DNA from: Podarcis liolepis
Lineage: Eukaryota
Assembly (NCBI GenBank): GCA_965112155.1
Contig: OZ218103.1
Length of the DNA stretch: 64,000 bases
Reading direction: 5' to 3' (one strand)
Below the pieces are notes generated by a model. That model did not search any database and was not told the DNA's origin. It was given only the letters and a program-made list of their open reading frames with translations. Within the stretch, counting starts at the first letter, position 1, and each line of letters starts with the position of its first letter. Position numbers and translations under genes: made by a program. This document shows, one piece after another, positions 36,655-47,538 of this stretch.

Positions 36655-37070
36655 GTGGTTTTCAGCAACTGGTATTCAAAAACATTACTGCTTCCTACTG
36701 TGGAAGCAGAGCAGAGCTATCATGTCTAATAGCCATTAATAGCCGTTTCCTCCGTGAATTTCTCCAGGCCTCTTTTTAGAAATCATCCAAGTTGGTGGCC
36801 ATTCCTGCTTCCTGCAGCAGTGAGTTCCAAAGATTAACTGCTGTGTGAAGAACAGATTTCTTTTATCTGCCCTGAATCGTTTGACATTCAGCTTAATTGG
36901 ATGTCCATAAGTTCTAGTCTTATGTGAAAGGGATAAAAACTTTTCTCTATACACTCCAGTGATCATTTTGGTTGCCACTTTCTCATCCGCTTCCTTTTTG
37001 TGGTGAGGTCACCAGAACTGTACACAGTAGTATATACACAGTTGCGCCAAAGATTTGTATAGCAGCATTA
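36655..37070 (-). mobile_element. CR1 LINE 3' portion (ORF2 C-terminus and UTR)
   Basis: The minus-strand ORF contains REKFLSLSHKTRTYGHPIKLNVKRFRADKRNLFFTQ (CR1 TRGH..KL...R...FF.QR motif). Confidence 0.85.
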
Positions 37071-38231
37071 TGGTGGAATCTATACACACATAAAAAAACG
37101 TTCTGAAAATGCTTTTTTTTTTAAGTGTGTTTTTTTAAATACATTGAATTTTCCACGAGGCTCACCATCTCCATCTAGTGTCACATTGCACTTAAAACAC
37201 ACTTAAAATGCTTTATTTGCAGCTGTATAGATGAGTCCATTGGTAGTTTTATGTTCAGCTGTACTGTGTGCAAAATTAACACAGTGCACTCTTCTGCACC
37301 ACTGCAGAGACCTGAAATACTTGTTAAACTGCAAAAAATTGGAAAGGCATTCTGCACCTTCCAGGATTAATTCAGAGTCAGTGATAAAGCACCTGATAAT
37401 CTCAATTGGTTCAAGGCAGAGACGGTTTTTTTAGGTGGTGAGAAACACCATCTTAATTGTGGGTGCCAGCAAGTAAGAGAAAGACAGAATTCTATTAATG
37501 CAGAGCTTATAACACAATCATAGTTTTATCTCCTTTTCTCATTTTACTGGTTATTGTTCTAATAGGTTCCATCATGTGCAACATTAGCATAAATTGATAC
37601 TGTGGAGATTTATTCATTTGAATGTGTTTACTCATTTAGGAGCCTGGTTCTTATTGGGCTTGTTGTAACAGTAGAGCAGTGTATTTTATTTATCTCTTTA
37701 TTCATTTATCAGATGTTTATAGAAATGGCCATCCCAAATTACAAAACCAGCAGGCTTCATGCACACAGTAAATGTGTCCCTTTGACAGCTTTATTTGGTA
37801 ATTTTTCTCTGTTAAGTGCAGTTTTTATTTCACTTGACTTTCCAAAGGGCAGAACCAAGGTTATTAAGCACGGGGAATTGTCAGCTGTCCCCATATTGAA
37901 GCTATGTCTTTAGGCTTCCTCTCATTCCCATTAGGCCAAGACAGACTCTTGCAGTCATATTGCCTAATTGTCACATTCAGTCACACTGTCTAGAAACTGT
38001 CATGGCTGCAAAACTAGAGCCAGATTTCTGCTTTTTGTTAACTAGTAAAAGGGCTTAGAAGTACAATTTTCAAATTCATGACTACACACACAAACACATA
38101 CATCCACAGACACACACAGTAAGGGCAAAGGCCTTCTCAAAATGGCTTACAAAACAAAATAGATTATAGCAAAACACATGCACAAACACACACAGAGAGG
38201 GGTGTGTGCAAAGGCCTTCTCAACAAAATTG

Positions 38232-38410
38232 TGTTATTGTTTAGTCGTTTAGTCATGTCCGACTCTTCACGACCCCATGGACCAGAGCACGCCAGGCACT
38301 CCTGTCTTCCACTGCCTCCTGCAGTTTGGTCAAACTCATGTTAGTAGCTTCGAGAACACTGTCCAGCCACCTCGTCCTCTGTCATCCCCTTCTCCTTGTG
38401 CCCTCCATCT
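38232..38410 (-). mobile_element. BovB (RTE) LINE 3' end
   Basis: TTAGTCGTTTAGTCATGTCCGACTCTTCACGACCCCATGGAC is the characteristic reverse-complemented BovB terminus. Confidence 0.8.
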
Positions 38411-38494
38411 AGTAAAACACACTCCATAAATAAAGCCACCCCTCATTTTTGGTGCTAAATTCAACATGCCCTACAGTCCTCCAAATTGTTAATA

Positions 38495-38657
38495 CAGTGG
38501 TACCTTGGTTCTTGAACTTAATCCATTCTTGGAGTCCATTTGACTCCCAAAACTGTTTGAAAACCAAGGCAGGGCTTCCGATTGGCTGCAGGAGCTTCCT
38601 GCACTCAGGTGTTCGGGAGCCAATTTATTCAACAACTAAGCCATTTGAGAACCGCTG
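38495..38657. mobile_element. Tigger/pogo-like MITE, internally deleted
   Basis: TA-CAGTGGTACCTTGG start; shares GCTTCCGATTGGCTGCAGGA with 23900; ends CTG-TA. Confidence 0.7.
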
Positions 38658-38989
38658 TAAAAGAGAGCGAAAGAAACCAGTCTTCAGCAAAGATGTCCTA
38701 TGGGATTTCTTCTCTAGCCAGACTACATCATTCTGTAAGTTTGTCACCAAGCCTAGATACCATATAAAACTATCATCATACTATCTACAGAATGCACAAG
38801 CCTGAATTATAAGGGCTGGGAGAACAAAATGCATCAAGATGGTGGCTGGTGTAGGCATCTGGTGTGCATTCTGGGGAAACAACATTCCGTAATGGCATCA
38901 CCACCAAAAAGGATTACAGTATCACCTTTGATATTGTACCTTCTTTCAGCCATAGCTCTCCTATAAAATGCAAATTGTGAGCTCTGTCA

Positions 38990-39453
38990 TAGAGATGGCT
39001 GAATCTGTCAGTCTCAGTTTTTCTTGGTTTCTCATTCTCCCATTCTTAAGTTCAGTTAAGGCGGAACAATTTGCACATCAGTTTTCAGGGGAAGTGTATA
39101 TTTAAAAGCCCTTATGAAAATTTCCAGAATCTTAATGGGTAGCTCTCCTAATAATCCGATTTTTGTAGGCATTTTGCCTAATATATCAATTTTTTCAAAT
39201 ACTTTTTCCTATTATGCTACCTTTCTGTATGCTATTTTCACTGATATATGCATTTTGATACACACTTTCCCTAATATATAAATTTATGTACACTTTTTTG
39301 GGCTGCGGGAGGGCATCACAAAATAGTTTGAAAAGGTGTGGATTTTGAAGGATAGATGCACTTCACTTTCCATACCATTTCAGGAAGCACAAATTATGTA
39401 GGGTTGCAGTAGAATGCACATTGAACCACATTTTTCTCCCCGCCCATTCCCTA
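38990..39453. mobile_element. Old hAT (Ac-like, TAG(A/G)GATG ends) non-autonomous element
   Basis: Starts TAGAGATGG, ends CCCATTCCCTA; T-rich repetitive interior; related end fragments near 12470-12525, 19700-19845 and 23305-23440. Confidence 0.5.
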
Positions 39454-40560
39454 CACCTTCACAAGAGTATTGATGATAAAGATTGCCAAACCCTTTACAA
39501 ATGTAATATGCTATATTGACAAATATGTATTCTCCTCCAAAGTCAATAGATAGTTTTTTTCTGGATGACGCTCCCAACACAATTCTTCCAACAGGTATTT
39601 CTGAGTCAGCTTTTCTTGTGAGAAAACTTCTTGGCTACCTAAGGAAAGGGGTATCTCAAACACCTGCTTAATTTAGCATCCATCTCTTTGTGGCTACGTG
39701 ACACAGGTTATTTACTCAGCCTGCATGACTACATCTGCCAGTTGCCCTTTAAAGAAGCACAGTTCTTCTATTCCTTGAGGGCCTTTTGTTCATCTCTAAC
39801 ACTGAGCATATCCCAACTCCTTTTTCGATCTGGTCCAAATCCTATTAGCTCTGATGATTTTACAATGCATGAGACGCACCAGGGGCTTGCTTAACACTTG
39901 TTTGCGAGTCTTTCTGGCTCTCTGGCAGTGCATTCAATTAGGCTCGACATCTCTTTGCTTTAGCAGCTTTAATTGTTTTGCACTGTACTTCCGTGGTTCA
40001 GGCACACCCTAAATTTCCCCAGAGAATTTTTAATCATTTTCCCTGCTCTGCAGTTGCCCGTTTCCTCCCCTCTTTGCATTAAGACTTGTCATCACCCATC
40101 ATCCCTTTAGTCTTCTTTCTAGTCCTATCAGTCATCACGTTGCTGTCATCAGCTTGCGATCCACCCTGTGTCATTATTTACCACCAATTAATTAGCAGTC
40201 CTCTCAAGCATGCTGCTCAGGGAAATTTGCACATCCTTTTCCCTATAGATTTAACCTTTCCTTTCTGGCTCAGTTCCTTCAGTGAGCCACTTCCATGGTT
40301 CCCCAATGATTTATCTGAGTTTTAATATGATAGATGTGAGTAACGAAAACACAGTGAGCCGTTACTTGCAGCCAACTTTGCCAGGTAACACTAACAACAG
40401 TTACACCTCCTGGATGAGGATGGGATCACTATAAGACATTCTTGTTGACCAGACATTCAGTTCTTAACTGGAGTCATGTGGTATGATGATCCTGCCTGTT
40501 TCAATATTCATTTTTTTAGTAGAGTGGGTAGGAGTCTGTTGTTTTGTTTTGTTTTTAGTA

Positions 40561-40729
40561 CCGTATTTTTTGCACCATAACACTCACTTTTTTCCTCCTA
40601 GAAAGTAAGGGGAAATGTCTGTGCGTGTTATGGAGGGAATGCCTACGGGTGGCATGCCTACGGATTTTCCTCCTCTAAAAACTACGTGCGTGTTATGGTC
40701 GGGTGCGTGTTATAGAGCGAAAAATACGG
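40561..40729. mobile_element. Tc1/mariner (Tc2/pogo-like) MITE
   Basis: TIRs CCGTATTTTT / AAAAATACGG with TA at both ends; repeated GTGCGTGTTAT motif. Confidence 0.85.
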
Positions 40730-40794
40730 TAAATAATGCTCTTTTATTTCTTTTGATATTTCTTTTAAACTCTTATGTGTGTGTTTTTCAGCTA

Positions 40795-41017
40795 CAGTGG
40801 TACCTCAGAAGTCGAACGGAATCTGTTCTGGAATTCTGTTCGACTTCCAAAACATTTGGAAACCAAGGCGCGGCTTCCAATCAGAAGCTGTGGAAGTCGT
40901 GTCAGATGTTTGGGTTCCAAAGAACATTTGAAAACCGGAACAATCACTTCCGGTTTTTGATTGTTCGGGAGCCAAAACATTCAACTCCCAATGTGTTTGA
41001 AAACCAAGGTATGACTG
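40795..41017. mobile_element. Tigger/pogo-like MITE
   Basis: TA-CAGTGGTACCTCAGAAG...AAGGTATGACTG-TA; colinear with 23900-24149. Confidence 0.85.
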
Positions 41018-41049
41018 TATACCCTACTTTGGGATATGCTTTGTAGTAA

Positions 41050-41303
41050 GCACATAGTTACAAGAAAGGAAATTCTGACTAAACATCAGACTAAACATCA
41101 GAAAGAACTTTCCGTCAGTAAGAGCAGTTTGACAGTAGAACAATTTCCCTTGGAAGGTTGTGGACTCTCCTTCCTTGAAGGTTTATAAGCTGAGGTTGGA
41201 TGGCCATCTGTCATTGATGCTTTAGCTGAGATGCCTGCATTTCAAGGGGTTGGATTAGATGACCCTCAGGTCCCTTCCAACGCTACAGTTCTATGAGTCT
41301 AAG
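41050..41303 (+). mobile_element. CR1 LINE 3' end
   Basis: GTGGACTCTCCTTCCTTGAAGGTTT...GGTTGGATTAGATGACCCTCAGGTCCCTTCCAAC...TTCTATGA matches the CR1 terminus. Confidence 0.85.
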
Positions 41304-41418
41304 CCACTCGTGAATGTTAATAATAACAATAATAAATTATCATGAAAAAGAGCAGTTAAGCTACCTGTGTGTTGGTGGAACTTGGTGATACATCAACATA
41401 GTGGATCTATGTCAGTTG

Positions 41419-41557
41419 CAGGTCTTTTTTTCCAGATGGAACTTGCCAAAACCCAGTTCTGGCACCTGTCAGGTGAGTGCCATTGGCATTCTAAGAGAAC
41501 AACGGAAGCATTCATGGTGAGTTCCAGAGCACCTGATTTTCTAGAAAAATAGCACTG
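41419..41557. mobile_element. hAT MITE, same family as 10998
   Basis: Ends CAGGTCTTTTTT / AAAAATAGCACTG; TSD GTCAGTTG / ATCAGTTG. Confidence 0.8.
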
Positions 41558-43650
41558 ATCAGTTGTAACTGCATTTATGGATGAGCAGATTCCCTCTGTT
41601 CCTCTATGTAACTGTCCCCTATTCCAACAACCCTTTGGCGGGTGGGAAGTGAAGGTTGACCTTTTCCCTTCCTATCTTGGTCAGAACAAAATATGTCTCA
41701 CCAAAGATGCTTTTCAAGAGACGCTCCTCTCGATGCCATAGAAGCTTTGGCATTGTTGTTGTGCACATGTCAAGCAGATACGGCTTCAAACTGTATGACA
41801 ATTTACAGAGGGGTTTTGTGTGTGTGTCCTAGTTGTGTGTACTATCTCATTGCAGAACCACTCACAGTGACCTCGGCCCCTGGGAGCGAAAGCCTAGACA
41901 GAGAAAGGTGTAATGAACTGGACAAGGCAACATTCTGGGGTTAAAAAATTGGCTACAACTTTATTGATTGCAGATGTAGGTAGGTTTTTGGTTCAGGACT
42001 TGGATTTATATCCATTTCCAGCCTCCACTTGGAGGGCAGATGCTTGAACAGGGTCATGCCTGGGATTCTAAGACATCCTCAAGATGTGGGTCTACCAAGC
42101 TGCCCCCCCAGGATGCTTCTGGAAGCTCTATGGGCCATCTGTCCCATACCTGGCTGCTGGACATAGGTTTCTATCTAGACCCCTCTAATGGGGTGCCCTG
42201 AGATCACACCTACTTGAGGCAGGGGTGATGTACTAGCTACCATAGAAATTTCAGAGGGGGTGCTTTTGTTGAAATTCTCTGACATCCCTATTTGGAAGAT
42301 TGGCAAGGGTACGAAACCTTAGTTGAAGGCCAGTTTGGGGATACCACAACCTCCTTTTCCTGTTAGAATGTAAAGTTTAAAAATTCACTTCCATGGCCCA
42401 TCATTCCAACCACAGTCATTTTTCTAGTAGTACATACTCTAGTAAAAAATAGCATATATTCTGTTTGCACTGCACACTGCCATAAAATAAATGTGCTTTA
42501 TTTTGGCTCTTTGTTTCCCTGTTCCTCTTTTTACTTCTACTCAGTTCCTTGCTTTTATCTTAGACTTTTAAAAATGGATCCTGCCTATAAAAATTCACTG
42601 TATAGATTATCCATTTTTCAAAAGAGTGCACTTGACATTATGTGAGAAGAGAATTCAGAAGGAATATATATAACTTTAATCGCACAAGCAGCAAAAATGC
42701 TTCCTCCAGAGAGTTCCACACAGTTCACTAAGAACAAACAAAGCTGAACCACTGAATCATAAGCCCTCAGCTTAATTATAGGCATACAGGGCTATGATAG
42801 AATAAAGATTATACCACTATCATACAGATTCCATGGTGAGCATCCGGCTCAGACAAGAGGTTATTGGCTGAAGATGAAGTAATCCTTCAAGGAGAAGCCA
42901 GTTATTATTATTATTTTTTAAGATGCAGGAGAAACTTATTGCAATTTCAGTGTCTCAGTCCCATTTTGACCTGAACATAAGGACTTTTATGAGGAGAGGA
43001 ATGCCTAGGATTGTAGCCAACTAAATTTGGCTGAGAGTAGACCCATTGAAATTAATGCACCTAAATTAGTCACATCCATTAACTTCCATAATTCTACTCT
43101 GAGTAGAACTAGCATTGCAGACAACCCATAGTAACTAATAGAGGTGAAAACGATGGATAGATACGTCAGATTAGAAATGACACAATTTAAAATGGTTTAG
43201 CACAACAGTGAATTTTGTAATTAGTGGAATAACTGACAGTTCTGAAATATTTAGATCATTCTTACTGTCTAGAAAGAAGGAGAAATCATAGGGCTATTGT
43301 TTTTCTACCCTAGTCTATGTGTTCATGTGTTCCTTTGGGAGAAAGGGCAAGGTATAAATTTAATTAGCAAATAATAAAATAAAATAAAGATATGCTCCTC
43401 CTGTCAGACAACCTTACTATGGCTGCAATCGACTTCTGAACAGCTATGAGCAGGATTGCACTGTAAATTTTGCTTACATGCACAGGAGACAATAGCCATA
43501 TTCCAGCTTTCTCTCCAGTGTGAGTGGAGCAGGGTTATGGCCCTGACATCATGCAAGTGCCGATCCTACCCCAAAGTTCCACACATTGAGCAAAGAGATG
43601 CCGACATCTGCGCAGCTGCTCATATGTAGCCAGTCCTCACAATCAGGACA

Positions 43651-44266
43651 TAGTTACAGGTAGGTAGCTGTGTTGGTCTGTCGTAGTCGAAACAAAATAA
43701 AAAAATTCCTTCCAGTAGTACCTTAGAGACCAACTAAATTTGTTATTGGTATGAGCTCTTGGTAAGGTTGATGGACTTCCATTTCATGCGGCTCAGTGTG
43801 GTGCCTTCCATAGTTCTAGTTACAGTAAGGTAGCTGTGTTGGTCTGTCGTAAAGGTAAAGGGACCCCTGACCATTAGGTCCAGTCGTGGCCGACTCTGGG
43901 GTTGCGGTGCTCATCTCGCTTTATTGGCCGAGGGAGCCGGCGTACAGCTTCCGGGTCATGTGGCCAGCATGACTAAGCCGCTTCTGGCGAACCAGAGCAG
44001 CGCACGGAAACACCGTTTACCTTCCTGCTTGAGCGGTACCTATTTATCTACTTGCACTTTGATGTGCTTTCGAACTGCTAGGTTGGCAGGAAGAGGGACC
44101 GAACAACGGGAGCTCACCCCGTCACGGGGATTCGTACCACCAACCTTCTGATCGGCAAGTCCTAGGTTCTATGGTTTAACCCACAGCGCCACCCACGTCC
44201 CATTGGTCTGTTGTAGTCAAAACAAAATTAAAAAATTCCTTCCAGTAGCACCTTAGAGATCAACTA
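43651..44266 (-). mobile_element. Two tandem Penelope-like terminal fragments; the second is split by a Sauria SINE
   Basis: AGTTACAG...TAGCTGTGTTGGTCTG...AATTCCTTCCAGTAG(C/T)ACCTTAGAGA occurs at 43651-43757 and again at 43817-43851 + 44203-44266. Confidence 0.75.
43852..44201 (-). mobile_element. Full-length Sauria SINE (Squam1)
   Basis: Reverse complement of 34905-35259; TSD TTGGTCTGT(C/T)GTA (43839-43851, 44203-44215). Confidence 0.93.
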
Positions 44267-46046
44267 ATTATACCAGCTAATCAGGACCTCTGTGTGATTT
44301 GGGGGTTCTGATCTCGTGGAGCGACTATGTGCGAGCTGCTCATGCAGATGTGCCCTTTTCCAAAGTTTAGTGTTCAATGCACTTATGTCACAATCAACAT
44401 GGGATGTGACTATGGTGCAAGGGCAGAAGGTACAGCCTTCTTGTTCCTTCCTCCACATGCTACATGGTGGCATCACATTAATAGGGCAGCTCCCTGCAAT
44501 GGATGTACACAAGCAGGCGGAGAAGAAATGGAATGTCCTAGATTCCTAAAGCATGGCAAAGTATTGCAGAATGCCAGCCATATTGATTTCAAGTGAGAAA
44601 CTGACAATTCATCTAAAGGTTCCTTATAACCTACCTCAAATCACTCCCTCAGCTCCAGCCAGATCAACTGCTTCAGCAAGTAAGTTTTTGAGAGGCTATT
44701 ATTTATCTAGTCATTCAATAGCTTTGGAGACTGTTCAGGGAGCTCCCTGGAGGGTTTTTGGAAGGCACACAAGCAGGCAGGCAGTTCCCATTTCAGAGTT
44801 GCCTGAGACTATGAAGCTATGTTGTATATTATGCCTGTAAATCCCATCAGCCTGTTCCTTGATTAACAACAGCATTGCTCTGTGCTTTTAAAGCACTGAA
44901 TTAAAGTGTGTGTGTGTTTTAAAAAATACCATGAATAACTCTGGGAAGTACAAGGGTTCTAAATTTTGCAATTTATTGTTACAAGGTCGTAAATCATGAG
45001 ATTCTTGCATTATGTCCCTTTTCCATTGATTCAGCACCATGGAGAATGCACATGTTGTATTGCACTAGCATTCCAGCTGCATGTGGAAGTGACTGGGAAG
45101 GATGTGGGCCATATTGGTGCAATTGCCATATTTCAATTTTGAATCTTCTTCCTATGCGTCTTCTTAACCCTGATCCTGCTACGAACACAAGTAGCAGCTA
45201 GAGTTGCATTTGCCTAATGCACTTTCTGAGTCCACATTATAGAAAAAGCTATAAAGCCATTCTTTTAAAAAATGCAATCATTGTATCATTATAGGCAAAT
45301 CATAATAGTACTAATTATGGCGCTGTGATAAACTTGCAATTTGACAACAATAATAATTGAGGTGAAGATATGACTGAATTCATCTTACATATTTGCCTAA
45401 ATATTTTAGCCTGTCTTTCAGGCCAGGCAAGCAGACCCCTTAGGTGAGCCACTATCACTAAAAATGAGCAATAAAATACAACATACAAAAATGCAATTCA
45501 AAATATAAAAATACCCTGAAGAGGACCTCTCTGGAACCAGAAGCCCAGTGGCAAATATCCCCTTTGGGCGAAAGATGCTTGAGAGTGTGATGGGAGATTA
45601 GCTTTAGGCGTTCTTGGAGGAAACTGATAACTGGGCCCAATTCAGTCAGGTTTCAGGCCCAATTATGACACTGAAACCTTGATGACATTTTTCAGGAAAG
45701 TGACATACCCCTCAACTGTCAGGACAAGTGCTTTTCGGGGCCCAGAATCTCATGTGGCACCCCAAAACTTGTGTTTTGGGGCACGATGCTCTTTCATGAG
45801 AGCAGACTTGTACCAAGGCACCAGATTTAAAATGACCCTTCATAATATTAGAGCAGAATGGCTTCAGACATAGAAAATGCTTCTATGCTTCTATACAGTT
45901 CTGCAAGTGATTCATGAATCTATCTGGTGATGCTTCTTAGTAACATCCAAAGGGAAACAAGCCTGCAGAGGAAATGCATAAAATAAGGCTGTCACATGTC
46001 TCCACCAAAGGTTTTCCTATCAGACATTACAAAGAAGCAGCTTAGC

Positions 46047-46506
46047 CAGCGGCGTAGCGTGAGTTGTCAGCACCCGGGGCAACGCAAGTAATTTGCGCCC
46101 CCTAACCCGGGGCAAGGCAAGTAATTTGCGCCCCCCCAACCCCTAACCTGCGAGTTGCCGCGCAAACAACGCTGCTTGCCCGGAGGAGGATGGAGGCAGA
46201 AGCAGCCGCCGCCTGTGGCTGGGCCGAGGGGATGGCGGCGGCGGCAGGGTGCAGAGGCTGCCCGTGCCCGGCCAGGCGTCGGTGGCGGCGTCGGCGCTGC
46301 TGCAGCGGCTGCTCCTCCTGCGAGCAGTGAGCGGAGCGCAGCCACAGCGACGGCGGGGGGCGCGCGCGCTAGGGCGCAAGGCTGGCGGTGGCGGCGGGGA
46401 GCCCGGCGGAGGAAGGAACTTGTCCCTTCCCTCTGGACTCGCGCCCCCCCCAGATGTTGCGCCCGGTGCGGTCGGCACCCCTGGCACCCCCCACGCTACG
46501 CCACTG
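46047..46506. mobile_element. Non-autonomous hAT (Tip100-like) element, 460 bp, with CpG-rich cargo
   Basis: TIRs CAGCGGCGTAGCGTG / CACGCTACGCCACTG; perfect 8-bp TSD AGCTTAGC (46039-46046, 46507-46514); subterminal tandem duplication of ACCCGGGGCAA(C/G)GCAAGTAATTTGCGCCCCC. Confidence 0.93.
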
Positions 46507-47457
46507 AGCTTAGCACATCCAGCTAATGGTTCTCGCAATATGCAGCATGCTATATTGGACTTCACATCTTTATACACCAATGGCTTGACCAATGCTTCAT
46601 CCTAGATAATGGAAGATTTTAGTTAGCAAATCACTCAGTACTTACACACACCATGAATTATTATTTCATGCTTACTTGTTGTTTTCGTCAAAGCTTTCCC
46701 CTCATGCTCTCTTCAATAGTCGTCTTCATACAATTATTTTCAGTCTCTTGATATTAATACAATTTTGATATGACCTGTATTTCCCATCACTGCTTTGATC
46801 AAACTGCCACACACACACACACACACACCGTTTCTTTTTTTAATAGAATAGATTTTGCTGTGTTTGGAACCGTTCAAGAGAGGGCCATTTTTAGTTCATC
46901 CTCTGAACCTTTAGCTTTCCTATCTTCTTTCATAGCACGGAAAAATGGCATGTTTAATTTAAGAAGGTTATCTGTCAAAAATTATACCTTGAGGCAGCAG
47001 TAGGCTGGGGGGGGGGATGTGTTTGCAAATAATAGTTCTTGCTGTGAGAAACAAATGCACAGGAAATACATATTTCTGCTGAATCTGGACCCTGAACAAA
47101 TCAAAGGAGGCTGACACCTGCCCCTGCCTAGCAGCGCATTTAGCAAGCCTTCCCTGGGTGTTCTTGATGGCTAAAACATCCCATTGCACAAGCTGAACAG
47201 ACCTTCTGTTTCTAAAATTAATGGAGCACAACCAGCAAGATGTCTCCAGATAAATCACTCTGGATGGTTAAGTGTTAGCTACAGACCAACTGCTCCTTCT
47301 GTTAAAGGGTGAAGAATGCTGGTTTAAAACAAAAAGCCAGCTTTGGGTATCTGTTTGTGCAGTAGCCTTTCTGTAATGCTCTTCAAAGAGATATAAAGGA
47401 AATGCATTTGTTTCCCTTAAAGATCTGTGAATGAACCGAGGGTTAATTCTGATCACC

Positions 47458-47458
<1 letters not shown>

Positions 47459-47491
<33 letters not shown>

Positions 47492-47538
47492 CTGACTGAC
47501 TGATTGATTGATTGATTGATTGATTGACTGATTGATTG
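47459..47538. repeat. (GATT/GACT)n tetranucleotide microsatellite
   Basis: About 20 units, adjoining a decayed minus-strand SINE at about 47540-47700. Confidence 0.95.

Noticed and set aside
41909-42350. Possible minus-strand LTR (TGTAATG start, TTTATT about 50 bp in)
   Set aside because: I could not find a matching second terminus or TSD.
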